A DNA stretch of 57,841 nucleotides, the filler included, from Sphacelaria rigidula (lineage: Eukaryota), in assembly GCA_964200075.2 (NCBI GenBank). It is 5 parts of 5 records of this genome, joined end to end, with 100 filler letters (N's around TTAATTAATTAA, not from the genome) between each part and the next. Parts side by side here need not be neighbours in the genome. Positions count along the whole stretch, not along the records: positions 11,591 to 23,080 come from CAXNAA020004871.1; positions 23,181 to 34,669 come from CAXNAA020004872.1; 3 more parts are not named here. One strand, written 5' to 3'. The notes beneath the pieces are model-generated. The model was given only the letters and a program-made list of their open reading frames with translations, did not search any database and was not told the origin of the DNA. How positions within the stretch are numbered: the stretch's first letter is position 1; the number at the start of each line of letters is the position of its first letter. Shown here piece by piece: positions 12,933-26,200 of this stretch. A program made the position numbers and the translations under genes.

Positions 12933-14032
12933 CGGTGTTGAAAATCAGATATAGACACTCGATACGATTTCGATAATATCGGTCGATACGGCGTATCGGT
13001 ATCGCCACTTCTCAAGCCGATGTTTGTCGATACGTATATTTATCTACTTATTTTACCGGGGGGGGGTGGTAGACAGCACATCGTCGCACCGCCCATCACC
13101 CCGCCACCCACCACACTCCACACACACCACACACCACACACCACACAGCCACTTGCTGTGAACCACACCGGTCTGCAACAGGAGCCCCTTCAGACTTTCA
13201 GCTTAGGGCGGTAGCTCAGAGTCTGCGGTCGACGTCTCTGCCGAACCGTTTGTATCTGTGTCTGCTACGGCGGCTGCTATTGCACCAGTGGCCGCCCCAG
13301 TGCCCTCAACCAAGAGTGACAGGCAGAGTTACCCGCGAAGTTTGAGGTGTCTGGAGAGTATACTTCGTTGTGCAGTCGACAAGGAAAAAATTGGACCTAT
13401 GCTGCCGACCTATCCCTTGTTTGGTATGGAGAACAGAAAAAGCGAGCGCGCATATGCATTCATCATTTATCGCCCAGTTTCGACGTTTGGCGCGTTTGTA
13501 ATTGAATAATGAGTGCGTTCGCAGTGCGCAGTGCGCAGAGCCGAGGTAAATGCTCAAATTCGATAGGAACGTGACGGAATAGTGGCCGCGGAATATACTT
13601 TGGTATATCACCGGCTTAAATAACACATTATCGATCATGCATCACACCAAGAGTTGTGATCAACGACCTCTTCTGCAACTTGCCCCTTGCACGATGAACC
13701 ATTTTTGTCAAACAGGAGCATCACGCCGCGTCTTGTGCCGCCACTTCTATGATGTCAGATAACAAATCACACACTGGTGCTGCTGTACCTTCATACAACC
13801 AGGCGTGTACCCACTCCGGGTTAGGTTGCTAGTGTCAGTGTAGCACCGTGAGGTCTTGCAAGCTGTGTCCACACCAAAACAGCCGTATCGTATTTTATCG
13901 AGAATCAGTATCGAGTATCGATACGTATCGCGTCATTTTCCGCGTATCGAAAAAAATATCGATATCGACGTCTGGTTTTGAGGTAAAAATATCGTGGCGA
14001 ACTTTTTTTTTTCCGTTCGATATTCAACGCTG
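12933..14032 (+). mobile_element. Non-autonomous hAT DNA transposon (1100 bp) with decayed dimerisation-domain remnant
   Basis: Perfect 8-bp TSD tcatcaac (12925-12932 and 14033-14040). TIRs cggtgttgaaaatc / rc cagcgttgaatatc. Subterminal clusters of cgatac/gtatcg. Internal frame FRRLARL*L...SAQCAE...RNVTE*WPRNIL resembles the hAT C-terminal domain. Confidence 0.82.
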
Positions 14033-14399
14033 TCATCAACGGAACTGCGTGGTACGGTGGTCAACCGAGTTGCGTACACGTTCATAGACAGTGCAGGCAG
14101 TACAAAGCTGCACATTGGTGAAGTCCTTTTCACGTCGCATTGTAACACTCACACACACACCCAAGACACACTACTTGCAAGCAATGCAGACAGTACAAAT
14201 TGTCTGCACTGTACACCAGTGACCATGTACCGTTTCACGAATTTCACTGCCTTTGTTCGATCGAAAGCTTGGAAATCAGCTTGAACCCAACTCGACGAAA
14301 ATGAGCGATTTTCGCTCAAACCTCTTCCGAAGGAATCCCGTTTCAGTGTACACATTCCGAGTTGAGATGTTGGGCTGGCGACCGCTTCGAGCTGAGTGT

Positions 14400-14682
14400 T
14401 CCTGATTTTCGTGAGTACATTTCCTCTTGTTTTCCTTTTTCTTGCTTTAGGTCGGCCATTTCTTTCTGTGCTTTGCTTGTGTTGACTTTTGATCACTTTT
14501 TTTGTCACGACTTAGTCTGATATGTCGTTCTGTTCGACCCCTCTCTTTTTTTCTTTTTCTGTTTCTGTTCCTTTTTTTTTTCTTTTCCTTAGAGCGTGTT
14601 TGAGTTTCGTTTTTCTTCGGTACGTCTATCATGACACCACGGCTGGACCCCCGGGGGGGTAACTTCAAGTGCGACAATCAAT
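14400..14682 (+). mobile_element. LINE 3'UTR fragment of the CAAT-tail family
   Basis: Clearly similar to 9950-10240: ...agagcgtgttt.agtttcgt...acgtctatcatga.ac.acgg.tggacccc.ggggg...cgacaatcaat. Confidence 0.75.
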
Positions 14683-14760
14683 TTAGAAAAAAAAATCGCA
14701 TCGCTCTATTCGTGTGCTGTGCTTTGCTCCCTTGCACGCACGATGCGGTTCATTTTTCAG

Positions 14761-17309
14761 GGACAAGACTGAGCATGTACGGAGAAGTCCTGCCCCAGAT
14801 TGCCCACCAGTTAACAAAAGAAGGCTACTCTTATATCGACGGTGAGCATGGGTCAGCGGTCAATGTGTTTATTTTCTCAATAAGCTATTTTGGGAAGGTG
14901 GAGCGCTTTGACTTGTGGTACGTCATGTACCTCGTACACGGATCATGAACTTTGATGCAGTCTGGCAAGTGTGACCTTGGCGGTTCTATAGTGTAAATTT
15001 TCCAAAGTTGTGTTCTGTAGGGTATACCCGGAAGTGGGTGATGTATGGTTGACACACTAAAACTATAGCGGAGTGTGTAACGCACATTCAAGTATGGCTG
15101 GGCAGGGTATCGAGCCCTATTACGAACACTCTGGTAAGGTTCTGAAAGGCATTTTCTGATACAAGACCCCCTTGAGACTTCTGTGAATACCTGAATTTTC
15201 GGCAGGCATATCCTACAGAACATAACCTTGTACATTTCACCCTAAACCTAAGCTATTGTCGTCAGGGTCTACCGCTGCGTTGCAGTCAAGAGCTGCCGTC
15301 GACCTTGTCCCTCTCCGCCTTATTCTCTTACATTGCGTATCTCCCCGTTCTTGGACAGTCCGAGATGGCCAAGAGTTTGAACAGGGGCACCCGGCGGGGT
15401 CAGTCAACATCCCCGCTTTTTTTGCCACTGCCGCCGGCATGCAGCAAAACCCGGACTTTGTCAAGCAGGCGAGTTTTTCGTCGTTGTTTCTCTCTGTGGC
15501 TGTGCACGCATAGTCTTGATCACGTCATGGAAAAAGAAGCGAGTTGACATCGACCGTTCTCGCCAATGATTGGAAGTGGTAATTTGCGCTTGGGAGTAAA
15601 TTGACGGTGGTGCGAGTCCAAACACGGTTGAAAAAATAAGAGCTACAGTGGGGCGCCCTATATAGCGCCGGTTATACAGTACTGGTTACAGGTAAGATGC
15701 CGATGAAATCGCGCGGAATGCAGGACCAATTCATATACGGTAGTGCCGGTTGCCGCAATAGTGCGGCTGATATTGCTTGGCACGTACCGCCACTATAGGG
15801 CACGGCACGGGCTATAGTAAGTTGACCCTTTCGGCTCTGGCGATGAAAAAGTGCGAATTTCGAGGTGCTGTTTTTTTAACGACATATGGTCGAGTATTTA
15901 CAGCTTTCACGCAACACTCTTAGCCCGAGGCGTGTTTTTCAGACCCGTATAAAATTTTTCTCCAGTGCCGCACGGGACTCAGTATACAGAAAATAGACAG
16001 GTGGTGCCGATTTTTGTTTGTATAGACTTGAGGCACGCAAGTGCTTATTTTGGCTGTGTGCACAAACTTGAACAAACTTGACCCGTAGCGTCCCTCACTG
16101 AACAAAATTAATCGGACCGCACCAGGGTGATATTCTTGGTGCGCGCATGACATGCGGGTGGATTATTCTGTGTCCTTCCGCCGTGAATATGATTGCCGTC
16201 CGTCCATTATGTTCCATCTTTTCTTCTTTGTCAGGGCTTGAGATAATGAGGCGTCTAGCCTGGGGACGGGAAGGGAGGATTCTCAAAGGGTTAATAGCGC
16301 TCCCCTGTTTGTTGTTTTGCGAACTATTTTCTCGTTCCTGTCTGATGATATGTCTATATTCGTTTTTGTCAACAGGTGGCTGAAAAATACCCCGAGAAGG
16401 ACACGAAGCTGTTGATGGGATGCCAGATGGGAAGCAGATCCGCGAAGGTTGGCACTGATGATTCCGTTAATCCGCCAATTTCAGAGCTTTGGGTGTACTG
16501 TATGTATACCTCGGCTGTGCTTCGGTTTGAGAGAGATGTCCATGTTCTGCTTGGCCTCCGGTTTGAAAACTCATCAATTTGTTCATGTTGATTAACGCTA
16601 CTCGTACACGTTTTGCTTGAGTCTTCACACGGCGAACGTATGTCCGGGCGTGCCTACTCGTTATTGGATACGGTACAAAGGTTGAAAAGCCTGCTGAACC
16701 GAAACGCACTGAACGGAGAATCGTGAGCACCAGTCAGGTGGCCCGTGACGGAATAATTGGTATTCCGTAAAATGGTCTACGGTACACCGACTTTTGGACA
16801 TACTGAAAATGAAAAAGATTTCAGTGCAAATGCACTTGGCATATGGATGCGGTACGGGCAACGAAAATGACACTATTTTTGTCCAACTATGGTGGCACCT
16901 CATCTATGGCTACTACCAATCCTTCTTTATCCACCACAGTGTTATTTTTATGACTTTTTGGGGTTGCAAGGTAGCTTGAAAGTATTGATGTGTGCTTAGT
17001 CATGCAAGCAACAAATGAGTACGCCCCCCCCCCCCCCCCCCCCCCCCCCCCCCACCCCAACCCCCACCCCCCACCTCCACCCACCCTNNNNNNNNNNTTT
17101 TTTGGGGGTGGGAGGGAGTTTGAAAGTATTGGTGTGTGTGTATTAATGAAAAAAAAAAAAAAGAAGCCCCCCCCCCCCCCCCCCCCCTACATGACACGAA
17201 CTTGCAGGCATCTGCATGGCTGGAAGAAGCTGGCTATGAAGCGATAATCAACGTCGAAGGCGGCTATAGTGCATGGGCTAGAGACGATAACCTCCCCGTG
17301 GAAGTGTAA
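14761..17309 (+). CDS. Single-domain rhodanese / thiosulfate sulfurtransferase (first exon not found)
   Basis: Exons 14761-14841, 15359-15468 (GC donor), 16376-16447 and 17208-17309 splice in phase to TRLSMYGEVLPQIAHQLTKEGYSYIDVRDGQEFEQGHPAGSVNIPAFFATAAGMQQNPDFVKQVAEKYPEKDTKLLMGCQMGSRSAKASAWLEEAGYEAIINVEGGYSAWARDDNLPVEV*. Rhodanese hallmarks: DVR..EF..GH..G.VNIP, CxxGxRS, GGY.AW. Confidence 0.93.
14982..15248. mobile_element. Intronic MITE with about 40-bp imperfect TIRs
   Basis: tagtgtaaattttccaaagttgtgttctgtagggtat versus rc tagggtgaaatgtacaaggttatgttctgtaggatat. Confidence 0.55.
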
Positions 17310-20300
17310 CATTGAACGACAGTACAAAGAGGTACAAGGCTCAGTTTGTCGGGCTGCGTTAACCTATTCGGGAATGGAAGCGTCAGGTGCAATGTGGCAG
17401 CAGCAGGGGCAATGAAACGGCGGGCGCATCCATGTTGTACCTGTTCTGAGGGTTAGAAGGTCGTTCACTGACTGCACGTTCTGAAGGAAAATACCAAAAC
17501 GGCTCGTGGGAGAGGAATGCGCAATTGAGCTGAGTCTTGCTGAGCTACTTCTGTTACCGACGTGCCCTCTGCTTCACAGCAGGGGGGCAAATTTTGTGAG
17601 GGTACGCAATAATTATTATCGTATGTATGTGACGACTATTTCAGTATTTCCATTTTTTCGTGATGTACATTGGCATCATGCCTGGGCCACCACTGGCCCT
17701 AAAGCTATTCGTTCGCTGTTCGTGGGTGACGAGCGATAGTACTCCATCGTGGTAGCGTCTCGGCACACGAGATCAGGCACTTACGTGAGTCAGGCTTGTC
17801 AATTGAACTGCACCACTTGCTGTGGTTAGATTACGTTACGTTCAAAATTCGAAAGAAAAAAACCCCGATCGAGCAAGGCACAAACACAGCACGCGTATTT
17901 TATTAATAAATTACATGTCTGTGGCTACGAGCTTCGTCTCCTGAAATACATGGTTTCGATGAACAGTCGCGTGGGTTAATGAAGAGGAGGGCTACCTTTT
18001 ACAGGCAGATCATGTTTCACGACTCAGCGGAATAGTCGAGGAAAATGTCCTGTGCAAGACCTGTAGGGCGCCACTACAAGATGCTTAGGGCGTGTCACTG
18101 CCCGAAAATGTTCCAGGACTGTCTCGACATATCCAGAGTGCAGGAGCTATCTCCGTACATAGCAGGTAGGACAGCATACGTACCGGTAGACGAGCATACT
18201 CCCATTCCAACGCGTAAACAAGGCACGTGCACGGCAAAATCATGATTTGATTCCATATGATTCCAGTTTCACAAAGTGATTTTTTTTTCTGCTGCGGGTA
18301 AAAATTCGACTAATCGGTACGGATATAGATACCACCACGTGTACAGTACCAAAAAAGTGTCGGGCAGACCTTCATTTTAGAGTAGAAAGGCCCAGCCGAG
18401 ACCACTCCGGTCTCACCGCCGAAATCCGAGACGGCAACGTCACAAACACCGAAACAAGTTGAAGTGGGAAGCGCCCCGGACACGGAGCAATCTATCAACA
18501 AAACCAAACTTGATCGTACACGATTTCATTTGGCCGTGTTACTGAATATTACCGTGTTCGCGAGAAAAAGAGACGTTCTGTGTCAACACGTAACGATATT
18601 GGACCATATATATATATTATATACATGAATATTTGTAAATATATCCACGCAACGTCCGAAGTGTGTCCATCAGGCGATCGATCTGACCCTAGGTTTCTCG
18701 TAACAAAAGTCAACAAACCTTGGGGTATCACGGATGTAAGAACAGTAAATAAGTGATAAGAACGACGGCCACCGTGATAGTTGCTCTGTTTTGAATTGCG
18801 AGAAACACATGTCAAGAGGGAGTGATGCTACGGTAGGGGTACACAAATCCAGACATATCTACCCTTGGGTGGGCATGCCTGACGGGTGGAGCGACTCGAA
18901 GCGCTGCACGAAACTAGGAATAGCGAAATGCATGGTTTGAGGTTCCTTCCTGTCCTCTTGGGACAAAAAAAGGGGGGGTACACAAATATTTTTTGAGGTG
19001 AAAATTGTTAGGAGCCCTTTATCTCATGCAAAACACGACCTATGAAAATATGTCAAAGTACGCCAGGATTACTACTCCGATGTGCTGGGAATATCCCGAA
19101 TGAATTTGCAAACGGGGATGCCCTGACTCATACTACTCATGTGCATCTAGAAACGTTAGGAGCCTCTGAACTAGACATGATTTCGCGAAAAAGGTGCACC
19201 CCTACCGTATCATTGCTCGAGGCAGCGTTGCCTACGCCACGCGCCGCATGGTAAAGACATTGTTTTCGTAAGATCAAGAGTAGGGCGTTGATTGAGAGTG
19301 AGTTTTATCTTTCGCTTTGACGTGACCATTTTCACCTTCTTTGTGTGTTTCTTTACCTGTAACATTGGCGTATGCATACAGCTACACGTCGATTTCCTGT
19401 TCAGGGGTACGAAGGGCTTCAGTGGCAAGCTACCACAGAAAGTGTATCGAGCCTCGTGGAGGGGCATTTCGGAACTAAAACTATTCATTCATTGAATGAC
19501 CGCTGTTCACTCTCAATCGTATCCTCTACTCTCAATCTCACGAAAACAGTGCTGCGAGCGTGTCGTACTTTTCATCGCGTCTATTGTGATGAAGCTCAGA
19601 GGCGTCGCAAAATATACACTGTGCGGGTCTGCTCGTAGACCCTGGATTCCGTGACGCGTTGTTATCACGTCTGCTACTGTCATTAGTTAGGGTTGTTCAG
19701 CCGCGGCGGTAGGCCGCGTCGCCCTATCCAATCAGTTACCGGCTTGCCTTGGTCTCTACACTGGGCCATCACTACGCTCTGCTCCTATGGCTATGCCCCG
19801 GCTATGCTGAGTAAGAGAGGCTTGTAGATAAAACATGATGCTAAGCAAACACGTGAGTTCCTTATCAAGAGTCTGAACATGGATGAACTTCCTTCGTGAT
19901 AGTCATGGAAGGATAGCTAGGTCTGTGTGAAGTTGCCCACGTGGGAGCTTGGTGGGTTGGCACCATGGTATCTCCTGGCACTCATACGGAGAGACCCCAG
20001 CCAGTACATGAGCTACTCTCCCTATTACACTTACGTTCGACTAATTGGCCGTGTCTTGCTTGGTTTTTCAGTAGCCCCCGCGCGTATTCTCATAGCCTTG
20101 TTGCCTTGTCTAGCTGTCTCTTTCTGTAGCCCCCGTTTTGCTGCCCCTCATTTTTGGTTTATCTGTATTTTTCTCCCTGGTGAGCAGAAGTTCCAACAGT
20201 CCTCCGTTTTCTTCTAGCTTTTAAAATGCTTTTCTTTTGCTGTACTACAGTGCTGTCTCCCTGCATTTCTTTCCGTTGCATCTCCGCCGCAGCAGCAACA

Positions 20301-21049
20301 ATTGCAAGCTGCCATTTGTCCCTCTCCTGTTTTGGTCGCTCCTTTTGTTGGGCCACACTCTTGCTTTGCAGTGCCCTTGTTTTGTTGTCATCGTCCTTTT
20401 CAACCCCGCCCACCGTTGTGTCAGCTGGGTTGTTCTAAACCTGTACGGACAGTTGACACTATCCCTTACTGAACCGTTACAGAACACGCCGCTTTTATCT
20501 TACAGGGAAAGCGACTGTACTGTTACGGCGGATATCGACTGTATGTGTAGTAGGCGTTTTGCAGTACACGTGGCAAGTGCAATAGGTCTTATTCCATTCG
20601 TATGTTGGTGTCGTATTACAATCGGGCGTCCTTGACCGGAGCCCACCGCCCTCACAACTTCCAGCACCCAGCAACTCTCGTTTAGCTACCTAGCTAAGAC
20701 TAATTAATAACAGCTATCAGCCCCCACTTGGAAACATCTCCCTTGCAAGTAAGTCAAGAGCACCTCTTCTGCACGTGAAAGTGAGTCCTTGCTTGGCCTT
20801 GCGATGCAGTGCTTATCGGACTCGATGGTCTGTTATTCACGAGCTCAAGTGTCATTCCTCTCGACTGCGATTGTTCAATGTGGCCAGCCCCTGACCTCGT
20901 GTCACCCCGGGCCGGGCGTGTGCTTTGAGAGTGACGCCAGTATCACCTCGTGATCAGACCACGACATTATTGCGGACATGGCTCTTGAGGGGTTCGCGAT
21001 ACCTGTACGCTCTTATTTGCTTTCCCCACCTACAAAAAGGCCGCGCCCC

Positions 21050-21425
21050 ATGACATGACAGTTGGGAAACATGTTCTCATGACTCGTGTGATATGAACAG
21101 AAGGTGGGGAACATTTACGTATGATTGATTCATGCTGCATGAATGGAAATTGGGAAACATGTACGCTTAGTTCACCTCGACCATATGAATGGAAGGTGGG
21201 GAACTTGTACATATGTTCCATGTTACATGGATGCAAGGGGAGAAACATGTACCTGCATTTCATTACGTAAGAATGGAAGGTGGGAAAAAATGTGTCTATG
21301 ATTTATGCCGCATGAATGCAAATTGGCAAACATATATCCATGATTCATACCATACGAATGGAAGGTGGGAAACATGCACCCATGATTCATACCATATGAA
21401 TGGAAGGTACGGAACGTGTACATTC
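21050..21425. repeat. Minisatellite, about 41-bp unit, about 9 diverged copies
   Basis: Approximate consensus catatgaatggaaggtgggaaacatgtacccatgattcatac, head-to-tail with no unique spacers. Confidence 0.85.
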
Positions 21426-23080
21426 GTCGGTGTACCGCACGAATCACGAACCCAAAATCTGTACGAATCACACTTCGTGTATGAATCGTATCGTTGATTC
21501 GTACGAATATTGAATATGAGTTCAGTCACGATTTCATTTGTCCGAATCGTAGCAAGAGTCACGTAATTAATACCACAATAAACCGCGGTAAAATGACCTC
21601 GGATGGAGTTCCGAGGAAGCCGTCATGATGACAATATTGACTAGGCAAGCCAGCGAGGGAGAGAAGGAAAATAAAGCAAGTTATCTTCTCTCTGTAGGGT
21701 ACTACCCTGAAGCCAACTAAAAGGGGGGGGAGGGGGGAGGGGGGAGGAAGGTTCCTCGAACTTCCTGCCTGTCTAAACCCGGCTATACACACACATACTA
21801 CACACTACACACTACACCACACACAGATACACACACTCTCAAAGTCTCGACGACTTTCGTATTTTCTCTGTCTCACCCATCTACCGTACTATAGCTAGCC
21901 AGAAGAAGAGAAGGGAAGGGGGCGGGGGGGGGGGACATAGTATTGTCGGAAAAAGCGCGTACATGTCATCATGACATACATTACGAACTACTAACCAAGT
22001 GTAAATGCCTGCCAAAAAATGTTCTCCACTAGTGACGAGTATTAAAACCATGGAAAATATTTTTTATTCTCATGCCTGCTGCGATCGGACACATGACAGC
22101 ATCTTTCGCGCGTGCCGAAACAAAAACTTTCAACATACCAAACACCGTGCGCACTACGGGTGGGAGGGGGAAGGGACTACAACTAGATATCGGTGACATT
22201 AAAAGCTATATATGTGGTGCTCCTATTCTCGAAGCGAACAAAAGAAAAAAAAAGTTCCACGGATCAATCCCATCAACGATCAGCGTGTCGTAATACTTCA
22301 GCAGAAAAAAACGAAAACAGCAACCTCGATGCACAAATCCCCCCAAAACAAGATCGCTCTGTTCAGAAAAGCTGGACACATGACATGCACGGCACATCGT
22401 TGCTTGTCGAAATTGGAACGGTTTGACAAGCAAACACAGAGAAAAACGAAAAGAGAGAGCAAGCACAGCAGCAGCAGGGTAGCTTCATGTCAGCGCAGTC
22501 GACCCGCGAGCGACACTGCAGTCAACCGCGACTAGCACGATACAAACACACGCACACGCTCACGCACAAGATTTCTACCCGTGGAAGATGACGGTGACCA
22601 GCAGACGCTCATCTTTGTAAACGGTACGCAAAACAAAACCGTAAACCCGCCGTCCGCCTGTCGTGTCTTCGTCGGTGCCGAAACAGAACGTAAGACGTAC
22701 TATACTGAAAAAAAATATCGAGACCGACCGAACCTCTAGGCACGCTTCCCATGAGCACGCAGTAAACGCTCCTTCTCCTCTTCCCTTCCATTTCTTGAAA
22801 CGGCCTTTTTTTTCCGGGTAGTTTTTGTACACAACGACCCACCACTTTACACGTGAGCACGGGGTCAAGCAAATATCACCTCGAGTACTCCGAGAAGTGA
22901 CGGGGGGTTCTGGAAGATGAGAAATGTTTTTTTTGTTTTGCGATGGTGTTCGGAATTGTGGGAAATTATACCCCTCGAAGACACCTTGAAGCGAACTGGA
23001 CCCCACCCCCCCCCCCCCCCCCACCCCCCCCCGAAACCACCCCCCCACGCGCCCCCGTCCCACCCCGTCTCCCCCCCGAC

Positions 23081-23180
23081 NNNNNNNNNNNNNNNNNNNN
23101 NNNNNNNNNNNNNNNNNNNNNNNNTTAATTAATTAANNNNNNNNNNNNNNNNNNNNNNNNNNNNNNNNNNNNNNNNNNNN
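23081..23180. other. Artificial contig linker
   Basis: 100-nt N/TTAATTAATTAA spacer. Confidence 0.97.
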
Positions 23181-23232
23181 GTACACCTGCCCCCCCCCTC
23201 ATATTCTTCCGTTTTATTTTGTTTTTCGAAAG

Positions 23233-26200
23233 GGAGGCACTGTGGGATTGCTACGAACGTGCCGTGTCGGCGAGCAAGGAGAGAGCAAAAAAAAAGGCAG
23301 AGATGGATCTCGAGCTCGCTATGAAGGACGACGCTGTCAGCAAGGCGGCGACCTGGGTTCTGACGAAGCAGGTTGTTGGTTGTGAAGATCGCGTCTGTCC
23401 GTACTTGCGACGAAGCACGGCATCAATTGATATTACTAGTGCTTATTTCTTGTTGTCTTCAATGGTCTGTCTGATCCATTTGATTTGAGGTTTTTTCATT
23501 CATTCAGTTTGATTCGGTTTGTTTCGGTTTGATTCGGTCGACTCCGTTGATTCGGTTCACTTGGTGTATGTATTTCACTTGGTTCATTTGGTTTATGTAG
23601 TTCACATGGTTCATTTGGTTCATGTAGTTCATTTGATTCGTTCCGCTCATTTGGTTCATTTGGTTCATTTGGTTCATTTGGTTCATTTGGTTCATTTGGT
23701 TCATTCGGTTCATTCGGTTCATTTGATGGATTGTCGCACGTTGGCTGCTCCCCTACGAATACAACCCTACCGCTCACAAGACATCTGACATACCCAAGGC
23801 AAGTAACAAGTAGACGGAGACGATCAACTTGCTGAAGAAAAATTCGAGCACAAAAAAAGCTACAAGGAAAGATAATAAAAAAAGAAAAGGTAAAAGTAAA
23901 AGAATCACCACCGTACCGACATCGTTAGTGTGACGTCCTTCCCTACGTGAACGGTCTGTCCATGCCGTTATGTCGACTACTCTCTTCCTTTAGCTACTCT
24001 CCTCCCCCCCCCCCCCTCTTCATACATACTTTCGACCCTTCCCCTTCCCCGGGATGAGTACGTGGTCTCAAGGGATTGACATATCTTCTCCACCTCGGGA
24101 TACGGCCTACATGTTTGTACTGTATCGCGGATTTGATCAGCACTCCCCCACCGCGCGTCAATTCTCGTCAGAAATACCTTTCATTGCTACTCACGCCCTT
24201 ACGTTTGTAACGGCGGGAAATCGTATACTCCTCACGGAGAGACACTCATTTGTTGCTTGCCTTCGTCGTTTGATGGCTGACCGCGTATCCCTTTCGAGAC
24301 GGAGCATACTTCCTATTTCTAATGGACGCCTTCAACATCTGGGCACTCACTTTGTGTTTTTCCATACATTACACAGAAACATTTTACATATCTTATCCCC
24401 GCCCTGTTTCGCTGTCTGTGGCCCCCATCAACCTCCTCGTATAGCCATCGTTTTCTTGCTACTGTCGAATGCACCAAACGATTTGATGTTACTTTCGTTC
24501 AGGTCCCACATTTTCCCCTCTAGCACGTCCCGTTCCTCCTTGTATAGTTCACATTCTGCAACTATGAAACTTCTGCTCTCTATTGCTTCGCCACAGGAGC
24601 AATTCTGTGCATTTACTTCCTCCTCCACTCGACTACCGATATATATATTTCCTTCTTGTTGGCAGGTCCAGGTCCCTCAACCGTGGATAAGAGGGGGGGG
24701 GTCTAATCAGACGTTTTTGTTGATAGGGCTCGCGGTCGCGATCGCGGTCTCCATGGCTTAACTGCTCATTCGTGCGCAGTCAGTTTCCAGGACTCCCGTA
24801 CCCGCAGAACAAGCAGATTTTACCACCCCCCTTGTCGTCGAGAGATGCCTCCATATGCTCGGTGGAGCTCGTGTCTGCTCGGCAAAACAAAGTTGTGAAA
24901 TTCGTATACAAATAGACCAATCGATACATAGATGTGTGGAATATAGTAAACACGGGTACGTCTCCACACGGAAAGTTGACATCTGACTCGTGCATGCAAA
25001 TATTTGTACCGTCTGTTTTGTCTTTTGTATTGTTTGTTTTGGCAGGTATCTTCATACATCAAACTTTCTTTGTGATATCTCGCTCACCATGATACTATGT
25101 ACTATGTATGAATCCATAGCTTGTGCAGACATATTCTTGTATGAATCCATATGCATTAATCCATACCTTATGCAAACAGGTTGGGTCATTTTTTCCTCGT
25201 TTTGAAAGAAACAGAACCGAAAAAAGTAACGTAATGTCATTCACACCAATTTATTACAGATGATATAAAAAAATACATCCTTTGACACGAAGTAAGAATT
25301 ATATTGTCATTTCGTAGCCGTTTCATAGCATGGACCTCAAAGCGACAGACGACCCAGCACTTCTTAGAATCCCAATACGTTGGTGGGTCAGAAAAAAACA
25401 ACAATGGCATGTCTCTGGCTCTGTGCCTTGAAAGGGGCCCACCAATTTGATTGATCGATTGGTAACTACTAATTCATTGATTTGTTAGTCGTATATCAAC
25501 TGTTGGCCGTGAAATAACTGAACCGGTACGAATCCAGGCGTGATCATGAAATACAATATGGATGTAAATAAACAAGGTAGTCCAAAATAATGGAGATGCT
25601 TGTTAAAGGAAATTCGAGAAGGGGTGGGGGGAATGACAAAGACGCAAGAAAACGAACTGAGCAAACTGGAAAAAAAAAGAAGGACAAAAAAGAGAGAAAT
25701 TTAACGAAGAATGCCAGACATGTCCGTGATCCTGTCCTATCTGCACCTGGAAATATAGCGTATTTATTTTGCTCAAGAAGGTGCCTATTTACGTTCTTTA
25801 CTTGGATTTAGTGCTTAGCCCAGCCTAGAATCAATCGGGCACAATCTTCTATACAAAGAACAAGTAAATGGATACACCATCTGGCTGTTACGCATGGGGC
25901 TCGTTTCTCCAGACGGAGAGTTCCAAGCGTTGTCGGTTGGCAACGTCGCTGTACAACACGCCACTCACTGCCTAAGCTAGGCAATCAGGTCACCGTTTTT
26001 TTTCGCCTACGCTCGTTACGAACGTGCGGTAGCCGTGATCGTAGTCGAGCTAGAAAATATTGCGCGAGGTCGGAGAACCTTATTTCCGCGTAAAGGGGGG
26101 GTCGTACTACGTAGAGCTAAAATGAGGAGACATCCGTGAGGCAGGGTGGAACCCGTGGCTGTCACTGGAAATGACAATACCAGAAAATGATGCAACCCAT

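Noticed and set aside
21050..21425. Possible CRISPR array
   Set aside because: The units are contiguous and diverged with no unique spacers; the context is eukaryotic and there are no cas genes.
23496..23788. NEP/NQM/VHL repeat ORFs
   Set aside because: They come from a stop-free 9-bp tandem repeat open in several frames, in a probable intron.
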